DNA of 64,000 bases from contig NC_092678.1 of NCBI RefSeq assembly GCF_964355755.1, positions 18,555,365-18,619,364 of the forward strand, given 5' to 3'. The DNA comes from Antedon mediterranea (Eukaryota > Animalia > Echinodermata). Positions 12,301 to 24,657 of this stretch are shown piece by piece (position 1 is the first letter of the stretch; each line of letters begins with the position of its first letter). The notes below the pieces were generated by a model. The model made no database searches and was not told the origin of the DNA. It saw only the letters and a list, made by a program, of their open reading frames with translations. Position numbers and translations under genes: made by a program.

Positions 12301-15300
12301 TTTTATCGCTTTTCTGTACTTTTTGAACTGTTTTGATGTACAGACAATTAGTCGCGTCCACCCACGCGACTAATTGTCATAGTTCACTATGTCGGTCGGT
12401 CGGTCGGTCGGTCTGTCTGTCGGTCTGGTATCACTATGCGTTTTATCGCTTTTCTGTACTTTTTGAACTGTTTTGATGTACAGAAAAGTTTTAAAGTACA
12501 TTACTTTTTGAAAGTTCATTTTTTTCTGAGAGCACGCGACTTATGGCTGTTGGCCTTGTTTTTCGTCGGAAGTGATTAACTTTATTAAAACTACAGAATA
12601 ACTTATTGAAAGTCCGATTTAATCAATCTTCATTTTTTATGTTTTTGTTTAAATAAAATAGGTTTCAAACCAGAACGGTTAGCACAAACAAGATACTCAT
12701 GCAGCGCTCTCGATGTATTGCTACACAATCATTACTTTTCCTTCTCTATCCGGCTTTCCATTTCCGTGACGATTTTGCCGCGATAATATAAAAAGAACTA
12801 ATGAACGATTGGATATTTTCATTATAGGTACGTAACGTACCACAACGCGGAATTCTTTGTATGCATGCGCATATTGTATCATTTGCTTTCATATGTAAAT
12901 ATATAATTAGACCTATTAACATAAAGTACGCGCGATATTCTACTGCTGATGATAAGAAAGTATGTTGTATCGCAACTAAATCAACGAATAAAACGTACGT
13001 AACGTATCCCAAGGCGGATTGGTTTGTAGGCATGCGCAGATTGATGTTCGTTAGACTATTGGTAACGGTATCGCGTCTTGCACAGAGACGATTAATTAGG
13101 CAGCAGATGCTGTATAATTTTACACAATTTTATACAGCACAAAATAAGAAAATGTGTTAACAACCTGTGGGAAGTTTAATCTAGGTTAAGCTATCGCATA
13201 TAAAATAGTCGTAAAGCAATTAATTATTTCAGAACAACATACACAAGTACACAACAATAATACTAAACATTCAATAATCATGATTGGAACAATGTTTTTT
13301 TTAACATTAAAAAACTTTTTATGTATTTAAGTTTGTGTAACTGTTTACATATTATTATTTAATGTAATTTTGTTCGATTTATATTGCGCTTATACAATCA
13401 AAAGTTTGTCCCAAAGCGCTGAGAGAAAAATCAGCAAGAAATTACAAAGAAAAAGAGTGTTTTGAATGTGAAATAACTAATATATGTTTAATCAGTTTCC
13501 TTTGAAAGATAAGTGAAATATAAAATATACATACTCTCTTTTACAAGTTAAGACCTGAAAAATGAAACGAATTACGTGCATGCATTTACGATAATTAATA
13601 AATTCTTGAAATCATATTTTTAGTAGCGTGGACGCGACTCTATAGTTCACTATGTCGGTCGGTCGGTCGGTCTGTCTGTCGGTCCGGTATCACTATGCGT
13701 TTTAGCACGCGACTTATGGCTGTTGGCCTTGTTTAATAAGCCAATTTCTTTGAAATTAATTTGTTTAAATCTTTGCAAAAGCGCATACGTCCTTCCTAAT
13801 CGAAAGTTCAACTTTCGGCAAACTGATTTCTAATTCTATAACTAGCGTAATATTTCGATGTTAATCCCTACAATACAATTACACAGTTCGGGGATTAGTA
13901 TGGGATTAATTATGTTGTAAATACAATTTAAATTTATATCATCTCACTTGCAGACGATAGTTTGTTCTAGTTTTATCCGACAGCAATAAAACATATTTAG
14001 ATTGACTTACAGTAAACACAGAAAATAGTTTTGTATTCGTGATTCCAATTTAATCCAGTTTAATCTGGATTGATCAAGTTTAATCCAGTTTGATTTAGTT
14101 TGATCCGCATATCAACGAATTTGTATATATTGTAAATCTAGTGAGCGTTCTAACGTAATTCTATTTTATGAGAAACTTTATGAAATCAATTTCTATGAAA
14201 CTGGTCAATAAAAAAAAATCCCAAAACAAACAAATTGAAAGTTTTACAATTTTAAAGTGTAGGCGCTATATTTGGAGATGGCTATCAATGATGTTCGCCA
14301 TTGATTTCTATTTTTTTTAAATTAGGTTAGTTGATAAAATATTTTATTTTTCTTGAAAATTGTATATTGTTAATTGACCAAAGTCAAACACTTTAGTAAC
14401 AAAAACTTATTTCCGTTTCGGAAAACAGTACAACAGGGCCATTACATATCAGTTTAATCCTCTTGGTTAAACTGGAAGGATTACCCTCTTTACCAGTCGT
14501 TGAATACAACCATTATATATCCCTTCTGAACTCCACGTGTTACGAAACTAACCAATCACATTGCATGTTGTCTGAGAACATCACGATTTTTAAAATAGAA
14601 ATTTAAGGAAATTATGACTTTTTCAATTCATTCACTGTGTTATAAACTGTCTTATGATAAATAATAATAAATGAAAAAACACAGTTAAGCCTTGTCTACA
14701 CTATCAAACTTTATGTGATGTGCCCATATGGACATGGTGATTTCATATCACTACCATACTTGGGCATACTACTACCATATGTGGGCACACGTTGGTGCAT
14801 ATAATGTAAAAAACAATCCGGGTTTTGTTGTAATAGATTCAATTATTGACATTGGGGACGTTGGATGCCTTATCGTATCAACTTCCATATTCATCAGTTT
14901 AAATCGTTTTGGAAAAATGATATTACAGACGTGACAGGCTTCGGGGTACCGTGATATTCCATTCGGCTAGGGATTCATTACTCCATATTGACTTTCAGAA
15001 AAATCAGGACAAGCATAATGTACTTCAAATGAAATATAAAATACAACAATAATAGAAAGATTACGTAATGTTTATAATTAGAAATTATCTATCTAAAGCT
15101 TGGTTCCCACTAGCGACGCAACGTAACGCAACCTACGCAAGGAAAGAAAATGCCCTTCCAATCATTGTGCTTGCCCCCACCTGCGTGAAATCAAACCTGC
15201 GATGTTTGCAGCACTGTTTTGTCGTCGGTTCCCACTTGTGATTACGCAATACAGCACTTTGCGTCAATACGTCGCTGCGTTGCGTTCTAGTGGGAACCAC

Positions 15301-18300
15301 GCTTAAGGACTCGCTATCACTTCAAGTGGTAGCAAAATTTAATAGTATGCATTATACAACAATTTCCATTTGATTGGTCAATTACGTATCACCTACGTTC
15401 GGTATTATTTCTACTAAACGGAAAGTCATATTTAATGGTGATATTTAATGGCACTATTGCACACTGGCACTATTGCACGTTCAGCTTTTAGTTAGGTTTT
15501 TAATGACCATTTCATACGTATTAGAAACAGCATATTAATACAAAAGTTTAATGTTTTGGATTTAAGAGATTGATGAGCGGAACTCTCAACCTTTAATGTT
15601 TGTATCATTCCAACTGAAGTTGGTTGATCAGGGAAAAAATGGAAATTTATCGCATTTTTTTGGTGGAATTATTGGAAACCCAATTCAAATGCAATCCATA
15701 ATAGTATTCTGATTTATATTAAAAATTGTCATTAACCTAACATTTCTCACGTTGATGGAAAAGTAAGAGACTCAATCAAATGGCAATTTTATTTGCAGTT
15801 CCGTACGTTATTGTCTGATACGATTACAATTGTTTTGATAGAAATTTAAGAGAATGATTCGCTTTTCAATCAATTCTAGCTATCATGCCTTCGTTTCACT
15901 TTGTTATGAACTAATAAATAAATATATACGTTTTTACAGCTATACTTTATCGTCAAATACAATTCCGATTTTTTATTTAGTGTAAGGAAATATTTACTAT
16001 TTCAATGACATAATGCTTTTTTTTTTAATTTCAGTTTGTTATAAACTGACTTTTATTTTAATAAATCAATACGTATTTTTGTTACGTATTTTATTGTCTG
16101 AGAACATTACAATTTTTTTCCTTCAAATTTTTCAATTTGTTATAAACTGTCTTAGGATAATAATAAATAAATAAATACAGTTAAGCCCTTAAGCTTTAGC
16201 CTACGTAATATTGTCTGTAAAGCTTAGTTTCCACTAGGACATACACGCAACGCAAGCGAGTAGACCAATTACAAGCGACGACTTAGGTTGCGGAACATCC
16301 ATATGTTGCGTGTCTAGTGGGAGCCAAGCATTGCAATTTCCATTTGTGTTTTTATTCATTCAGTTTATGCCCTTCATATTATAGATAATCTTGCGATATT
16401 CATAAGTGTATTTAGTTTCCAATTGTTGGAGAAGAGTTATTTAAATTGTAGAAATACTGTCTTTATGAGAAGCATGCACCTCTCTCTGATCTATGAAATT
16501 AAATCTAGCGTTCGTTGATATTTAATTCTTTAGGTTAAATATTAGAGGACAAAATAGCAAATCTGTTAATAATATGCAAATATCGTATACATTTAGTAGT
16601 ATAAAAACTATAATTTCCATTTTTTGGAATAAAAGCATTTTTTTATAATACTCTTTCCCATCGGTTTTTTGAAAATAATTCCGTTTGCAAAAAGTTGTGA
16701 ATCTTCAATTTCACGATCAAGGATATACTGAGAAGATATTAAATATAATATTACTTTCTCAATGATCACCCTGTATCTATAGGTATTGGATTATTAGATT
16801 ATTTATAACCCGACATTTGTGAAGATTAAAGGGGTGATTACACACTGTAGCCATAAGTATAACAGTTTAAATCCAATAAAAAAACGTAGTGTTCAGTAAT
16901 GATATGTTTAGCCGTTTAGCCCTGTGTAGTGTGTACGGTATGTTTAGTAATGACATGCTTAGCCGTTTAGCCCTGTGTAGTGTGTATGTTTAGTAATGAA
17001 ATGTTAGCCATTTAGTCCTTTGTAAACAATATCTAGTCTAGTAAGGACACGTTTAACCGTTTTCTGAGTTAAAAACGTCGGTTGGGATAACATGAATGCA
17101 TCAACGTATATAAACTCGCATTTTCCACATACAATATTATCAGTCAGATGTTTGGTCCATTCAACGCGACTACACCGTTTTCGACTCGCAAACATCAATC
17201 TACGCATGCGTAGAAAGACTGCTAGATTCAAGCTAGGTCGTCATGGAAACAAATATCGCTAATTGGCCTATGCAATAATATATTCTATTGCACGCTATGT
17301 GACCCACATTCGTCCAATCAAATGACAAGAATTTATTTAGGTGTTATATAATATATTCTATCTGGAGCATACTTATATGAACTTCTTGTTAATTAATTTA
17401 AAATAAAAATAGTTTGATGAACAAGTATTGAAGTCAATTTAGACTCAATTTGTAAAATTATTTGTTACGTAAATGATTTCTGACTTAAACACCGGTCCCC
17501 TAGGCGTTTAGTCCAATTTCTAAATGTTCCTTGCCAACTTTAACGTCAATTTAAGATAGCGTAACTATGTATGTTACTTCTTTGAAAACTCGTTGACGTG
17601 TTTAACCAGGTATCCCAGCGAAAATTACACATACCCTTTAAAGACTAATTAATGAAAGTTGATGAATATTGACAATTGTAATCGACAGTCGTTGCTTTTA
17701 TTACCGTTTGTTGATGTTAATGAATTTTGAATATAAATCATAGAATTAGTTTGAATGCCATAACATTATAAACATACACCTAATATAACATGGTACTATT
17801 TTTATTATGATTCGGTGATATCTGTTTTATGTTTAATATGTTTTGTTCTATAAAAGTTCGGCTTACGTATGCTATTTCCACCCGGCTGTATCTCCTTAAC
17901 ATTGTGTTATATTTTACCCAGTATCTGGGAAGAAAGGCAATCTAACAACAGAATGCTGATTTGATTAATGGTTTTATGTTTGGTTGCGACACGATCAGTT
18001 TCACGCTCCTAAACAAAAACTTGAGAATAAAGTATTCCTACTTGGTACTTTAATCGCAATTATTATGAATTTGTCGCAGCCAATCTTAAGATGAAAGGTG
18101 TTACACGTTCCTATCTTGGTTGTTAGATTGCCTTGATCTGGGCATTACACTGTAAATTATACAGTGTAACATATCTATGTGTCGCCAATATTATGTTACG
18201 GTTGAGGTTGGTTAAGCATATGACCTAAGACAGAAGTGTGGTCAATTACATAATTCCCTAATTACGATACTCGAAAAATATATAAGATACAATATACCAA

Positions 18301-21300
18301 TAATGTTACTGCTATTTCATACAAAATGAAAATATTCAATTTTCCTCAATCATGTTTTGTTTAACAGATGAACAGTTACATAGATACTCAAATATAAGAA
18401 ATAAAACGGAATCACTTAATAGTTGGTAGGCTGTAATATGAAAAAATGAAAATATTCAATTTTCCTCAATCATGTTTTGTTTAACAGATGAAGATTTACT
18501 CTATAGATACTCTACTATAAGTAATGAAACGGAATCACTTGATAGTTGTTGGGCTGTAATACTCATCCTTTAACTAATAAGTTAAGTTAAATTAATGTGC
18601 CTATTCCGAATGTATCGCCTGTAGGCCAAATCTTGCGATCTCCCACAATACTTCTTTACGCAGTCACTCCATCTGATTCAATTACACGCTGGGAAGAAAT
18701 GCCCGTGGGTGTTAGATGTAAGATTATTTGTCTTGCATGCCACGGTATTAGGGTCTTTATTACTTAAATCCCACGAGCATAATGGTAACCTGCAACATTG
18801 AGTTATCAATGAGGTTGTAACTTAATTTATGTTTAACAATATGACATTAAAACAATATTAACTTTAGCAAAACATTGATTATTCACTGAATTATCTTAAA
18901 CTTTAACGATTTGGAGAAAGTTGCTTAGAACTTTCGAAAATAGCTTGATTATACATTGAAAACGATATGAGTAAATATTTGTAAGGTAGAGATTGAAATA
19001 GAGATAATTGAATAACTAAATGTGAGTGTATACATCGAAAAATTGAATAAGGAATTGATTTTTTCTGATTTCTGTTAACATATTTAAACACAATCGTTTG
19101 ATTCAAATATATTATTCATTTTCAAGAATTTGTGCCAATTAAAACAATCATTTTAACATTGTGGTTACATTCTGGCCAACTTAATTAAGGAACACATACT
19201 TTTACAAGATCTAAATATATATTCTTTCCTTTCATTTTTAATACATACAATAAATCCGATCTGCTATAATAATTTTCTAAAAGATATATTTTGCCTTGCA
19301 AAATTTTCTGGTATGGGCCTATGAACGACGTCAGTAGAGTGACGTAGTGTGCGTACTGTGTATTACACGCTTGTATAAATCATGTGTTTAACTTAATTAA
19401 AAATACTGTAGGCCTACTTTATAATATCACGCCATTTGTAAAAGGGTAAATTAGCAAAGTTCCGATAATCTGATTGTCTAAATTATATTTCATCAGTCTT
19501 AGACCTAATGTAGTAGGCATATTATGTTTAAATCAATCAATGAGAACATTGATTTTAAAATAATTTCGACAAATTGAAAATACAGTATGTCATAGTAACA
19601 GTAGACCCTTAAAAAGTCTACTATAATTTATATTCATTTTTTGCCAATTTCATCTTTTTTCTTTCTCCCTACTTCCTCTTCTGTCTCTACTTGCTTCTTA
19701 TGATATCTTATACATGAAGATAATAACAGGTTTACATCTTAATTTTTACAATAATTGGCTATATTTTGTTTTCAGAATATTATATTTAAGACATTAACTA
19801 GAAAATGGTTACATTTTTTGTTGACACAATTGGTATAAATACCTTTAGTGACGTTTCGTTGACATTTTGTCAACGTCTTCAAACTACTGTTTGGAATGGA
19901 GTCAGTACATTCTTGTACCAATAATTGTCCAGTTAATTATATTCGGAACCAAATGAATTTATTTAATATAATAATTATGAGACTTTATTTTATTTTTCAT
20001 TTCTTTAGTACCGGTACTTTATAAGTTGTTGCCTTCGTTTCTTGTTGTTTTATTATGCTAATTACTTCCTCATTTACATACAACCTCTCCTATTGGTATA
20101 TAAGTTGTTTTCTGTTCCGATGATGAAAATAGTTTCTCGAAACGTGCCACATTTTAAGGCAGTTTGCCTATTCATTAAATGCCTCCGTATATTTATTTTA
20201 ACTCGAAAGTTCGAAAATGGAATCATTCATACTTTATAAGTTATATATTATATTCAGTTTTTTTTGTATATAACATTTTGCAATTTTCAACCTTTCAACG
20301 TATAAAATACTGTTATATAAATACACTGCTGTAATACATCATACTCTACACGTAATTAATGAAGCTTGAAACATCATCTACTCTTTTTAGAATTAACAAC
20401 AATTGGTATTTGATTCTCAAATTGCCTGTTACATTAGGCCAACATTTGATTGATGTAATTCGGCGGGAAATTGTTAAATTATACTGTTGAGTATATGAAT
20501 TATGTTCCTAATTGCCGTTACCATATAAACCAATTTGAATTAAAGTTCAAAGTTCAACATGTTTTAAGCTCTGTCTACACTATCAAATTAGCTTGAAACA
20601 AAAAGGTGATGTGTCCAATTATGGTAGTGATATGCCCAAATATGGTAGTGATATGACATTATCGTTGTCCTTATATGAGTACTTCACATGATTTTTTCAC
20701 ATAAAGTTTATAAAAAACTTAAACAAAGACTTCAAACCAGTCAAAATAAAGTTGCTAGGTTTATATTAAATACAAATAATCGAGCACATATTGGTAAAGA
20801 CGAACTGAACCAAATCGGTAAATTATGTCTAGAGGATAGAATTTGGCAACTCAAACTTAATCATGTTCATAAGATTTTTTATGGAAAATCAGTACCTTAT
20901 TTGACTGAAAAGTTTAAAAGAGTTTCATCTAACCACCATTATATGACTAGAAGTAGTGTCAATAGTTTTTCAGTTCCAAATCTGATCAAATATCTAAAAC
21001 GTTTTATTATACAGGCATAAAGGCATGGAATAACCTACCTCATTCCATTCAGCAAATAGAAAACAAATTTAATTTTAAGAACAATTTTAAATCACAGTTC
21101 TGTTCAACCAAATAACTATATAAGTCAATCATAGTCTTTTAATTTAACTTGTTTTTTTTATATTATTGTTTTTGTTATATTTACGTGTTTATACAATACT
21201 TTGTAATGTTTATATTTTTTATTTTAAATTGTTAAAGGATCCCAGTGGAAATAAGCTGATAAGCTTTTTGGGCTAACCTGGAAAATCTTTTATAAATGTA

Positions 21301-24234
21301 TTATTTGTAATGTCCGTAATTTATGTTATCACTTTGTATGTATTTTTTATGATGATTTTCCAAATAAATTTAAATCAAATCAAAGTTTGATAGTGTGGAC
21401 AGAGATTTAGGTTATTAAACAGGTTAACATATTTAGTCAGTTGGCTTAATTATAATTATTTTAAGTTGAAGTTATCTGCAAAATTAGGGTTAATATTTTT
21501 ACAGTTATCACAATCGCTGATTTCGTCAGCCGACAATGAAGACATGTACATGGTGTTTAGACAAATTAACTATTTAGTTTGTATTATGCTTGTTGAAACC
21601 ATGGATACCACACGATGTTACCGTGTGGACGCGTTTGTTCGTCAAATAAAATCAGATCAGTTAAACATAACAACAACACACCAATATAAAGATCTCGGAT
21701 AATGATTTAATTATGTTATTCCAAGCGAAATGTCAATTTAAATGCTATATTCATATGTTGTCTATTAGAACCGTGTAAAGTTAAAATAACAACTCCTAAG
21801 ATATTCTTTTGACAAGATTCTATCTGTCGTTCTTTTTTTTTATTTCAATAAACAATGGCCTCAGGCCCATTTCACACACAGGTTTTTCTTTTTTCATAAG
21901 CTTTATATAAGCAAGTTGCAAACTTAATTCTGTGGGTTACAATCATATTTCTAAACATGTATACATTTAAATGGTTTTCATAAAAAGGACGGTAAAAAGA
22001 AAATGTTTTTCATCTTCTAAACTTAATTGATCACAGAACATACATATTCTAGACTCTCGGTTAATTGTTAAATGTCTCCCCTTTTCAATCAACAGGTTAA
22101 CAACACACGATAATCTAAATCGTGATATTAATGTTGTACACTTAAAACTTAACTCGTAAACACAATTAATAATTTACTGATGATACGAAAGAAAAACTAT
22201 CACAGGTTTAATGCCAAACTGAAGTAAAGCAACCTACGCAACGCAAGAAAATTCCCTTGCAATAATTGTGTTTGCCCCCGCCTGGTGTAATCAAACCAGC
22301 ACTATTGTGGCGTCGGTTCCCAGTTATGATTACGCAATACATCACTTTGCGTCAATACGTAACTGAGTTGCGTTCTAGTGGGAACCACGCTTTATTTTGG
22401 ATACAATAACACATCTCTATTACATTAGGGTATTCCTGATTTTAAAAAAGAAGTTAAATATGACATCATCAAAACGATGACGTAATGAAACTAGTCTGGG
22501 CTCCAGACGGAGTTTTGTCTTAATATTAGATCAATCGATTAATGTATTGGTGTTTGGAATGTAGGCCTATATAATCTGATGTGAATTAAGCAACATAGAT
22601 TTGTCAAACTTATAAACTTATCACCATAATGGTTGTTTATGTCTTTTGCAGGACGATATACAGTGTGTGCAGAGAATGCAAGGAACATCGTGTAGAAGTA
22701 ACGCTGATTGTCTTGGTTGCGGTACGCCGTTTGTTTGTTCGTGGGTGGGAATTTGTAACGAAGCGTTTCCATTTAGGAAAAGAAGTGGTAAGTTAATAAG
22801 CCAGCAATGAAGCTCAGCGTACGCCTCTTGTTCCCACTAGTGAAAGAAATGCAACCTACACAACGTAAGAAAATGCCCTTCTAATAATTGTGTTTGCTCC
22901 CGCCTGCGTGAAATCAAACATGCGGTGTTTGCAGCACCATGCGCCGTTGGTTCCCACTTGTGAATACGCAATATAACACTTTGCGTCGATACGTCGCTGC
23001 GTTTCGTTCTAGTGAGAACCACGCTTTAACGTGGGCGTACGCGCAAATCACAAGCCACAGTTCGGATGATCCATCGTGTCGTGATTGGTCAAAAGAATTG
23101 CGTGGCGCTTACGATCTTGCGTTGCTCCCGATTTGGTATACAGCTGCTTTGACCAAAGACGACGTAAGCAAGACCTAAGATTGTTGGATCACCCGAAATC
23201 TCGCTTGTTATTGGTCAAAATACTCTGTGCGTATATAATTGCGTTGCGTCATTGTATGAGCCAATCTTAAGTTCCAGTATAATAATATATACCCCATTAA
23301 GCAATGAAATAATGAAATTAAATAAAGCTTGATTCCCACTAGAACGCAACACAAGGACATAGGACGCAAGCGAATTGACCAATCACAAGGAACGGTTCGA
23401 ATAATCCTTTGCCTGGATTGTTCAATTCGCTTGCGTTGCAGATTACGTCTTTGTGTTGCGTTCTAATGGGAACCAGGCTTAAACTTGACTGTTGGGTTGG
23501 ATTGATTGATTCAATGTTTCGATAATACTTTTTTGTTACATTTTAACATTACATGAATAATGTCATTATGAGTCATATGGCCGAGCGGTTAAGGCAGGGG
23601 CGCCGTTTACCGTACCTAAAGAGCCAACAACAACATCGGCAAGGGTTCGAGGCCGACTCGCTCCTAGTTCTGGTGGTGGAACAAGTCTTCTCGGATAAGG
23701 ACTATAAACCGTAGGTCCAGTGTACACATGTGTGTACTTTAAAGAACCCAGTCCATTATTCGAAAAAGAGTAGGGGGTTACCCCGGTGAACTGGTTCACA
23801 CAATAGCCCCTGTATCAGGGGGATTACCACCTATCTGATAGGACAGTGATTAATTCACTATTGGTAATTCTTGGCCACATTGCCTAAAGACATAAAATAA
23901 AATAAAATAAAAATAATATTTATGGCCTTGAATACATTGTTTAGACTGAAATATTAGAGAATAATTGTTTATCCAACCTATGATTACACATAGTTCAATA
24001 TAATATTCCTAAACAAAAAACCCGCTGGATTTTGTTTATGTATTATGACTGAGATCTACATCCTTTACGATCCTCGAAACGGTAACCATGTGATGCCATT
24101 TCGACCAATCACTTTCAAGTATTTATAATAAGCTCTATTATAATAGTTTCTTTTATTTTTCAACAGGTAAACAAACAAGAGGAGGAGCGAAAAATATTTT
24201 ATGGAGCAGGATGAAGCCACGTAGTGTTAAATAA
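9318..24234 (+). CDS. Secreted peptide/neuropeptide-like precursor carrying a six-Cys knottin-like peptide (spliced; ~188 aa, or ~204 aa with the optional exon)
   Basis: Exon 9318-9680 (MFFLNLVTLLCISISLMFVVQS signal peptide; RK and GRR sites; donor TCG|GTAAGG, phase 0). Optional exon 21505-21552 (LSQSLISSADNEDMYM; good acceptor, weak GTGTTT donor). Exon 22652-22787 (acceptor tcttttgcAG; DDIQCVQRMQGTSCRSNADCLGCGTPFVCSWVGICNEAFPFRKRS; donor G|GTAAGT, phase 1). Exon 24167-24234 (acceptor ttttattttt caacAG; GKQTRGGAKNILWSRMKPRSVK*). All phases are compatible; AATAAA at 24650. Joining across the 12-13 kb intron is inferred. Confidence 0.7.
11950..12562 (+). mobile_element. Helentron-type non-autonomous element (HINE/DINE-1-like) with four tandem internal units
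   Basis: TTTTAGTCGCGTGGA(C/T)GCGACT hairpin start, (GTCG/GTCT)n microsatellite, GCACGCGACTTATGGCTGTTGGCCTTGTT end, T-rich flanks. Other copies 13618-13733, 31143-31420 (split), 35735-35853, 55566-55681, 55718-55836, 56077-56794. Confidence 0.75.
15097..15303. mobile_element. PIF/Harbinger-like MITE family (AGCTTGGTTCCCACTAG TIR), representative copy
   Basis: TAA on both flanks here. Further full or partial copies at ~16220-16330, 22230-22392, 22830-23027, 23327-23480, 25911-26365, 28769-28947, 28957-29167, 31201-31379, 35260-35455, 52857-52990. Confidence 0.85.
17934..18134. repeat. Nested-palindrome dispersed element, copy A
   Basis: Outer stem AAGGCAATCTAACAAC/GTTGTTAGATTGCCTT, inner stem TGGTTGCGACA/TGTCGCAGCCA; motifs shared with 52628-52816. 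Confidence 0.75.
19847..19885 (-). ncRNA. Minimal hammerhead-like motif (C3U variant)
   Basis: - strand: AGU UUGAAGA C GUUGACA-AAA-UGUCAAC GAAAC GUC ACU. Confidence 0.65.
20710..21381 (+). mobile_element. 5'-truncated L2-like LINE inserted into a MITE
   Basis: LQTSQNKVARFIL...HHYMTRSS C-terminal ORF2 remnant; 3' stem-loop 21238-21280; AAATC tail; flanked by AAAGTTT direct repeats (20703 and 21382) that split the host MITE. Confidence 0.8.
23570..23915 (+). mobile_element. tRNA-derived SINE with MetaSINE-like core
   Basis: A box TGGCCGAGCGG (23578), B box GGTTCGAGGC (~23644), same core as 925-1226, different 3' region, (TAAAA)n tail. Confidence 0.85.
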
Positions 24235-24657
24235 TTTGAAATATAAGGTGATGTTTAGGAAGAATATTGTGTCCTCTGAGATGTTTGGTTTGGCAAATTT
24301 TATTTTGAAAACGTGATCACGTATTGGAAAAATATCGTCGAGTTCGCATTTATTATATTATGTTTCATAATTGCTTCTAATTTTAGTAAATAATACTTTG
24401 CCTAACAAGAAACTAATTTTATGACAGCATCTCTCTTGCTTATTTTTTATTAACTTATTCGTTTTGTCAAAACGTTGAGACTATCATATATCTACCGTTC
24501 TATCCAAGCGAGATGAAATGGTCTTTCTTTTGTTTGGAAAGTGAAGAATTTGGAACCATCAGTCTCTATGTTCAACAACCACACTTAATGAGATATTACA
24601 AAAATAAGTACCCAAGTTGTATTTGCGTATGTATATAATTGTGAATACCAATAAATA

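Noticed and set aside
11986-12336. 116-aa repetitive ORF
   Set aside because: Lies within the tandem Helentron-type repeat.
23570-23665. Possible tRNA gene
   Set aside because: Has A/B boxes but continues into a SINE core and tail; no proper cloverleaf or poly-T terminator.
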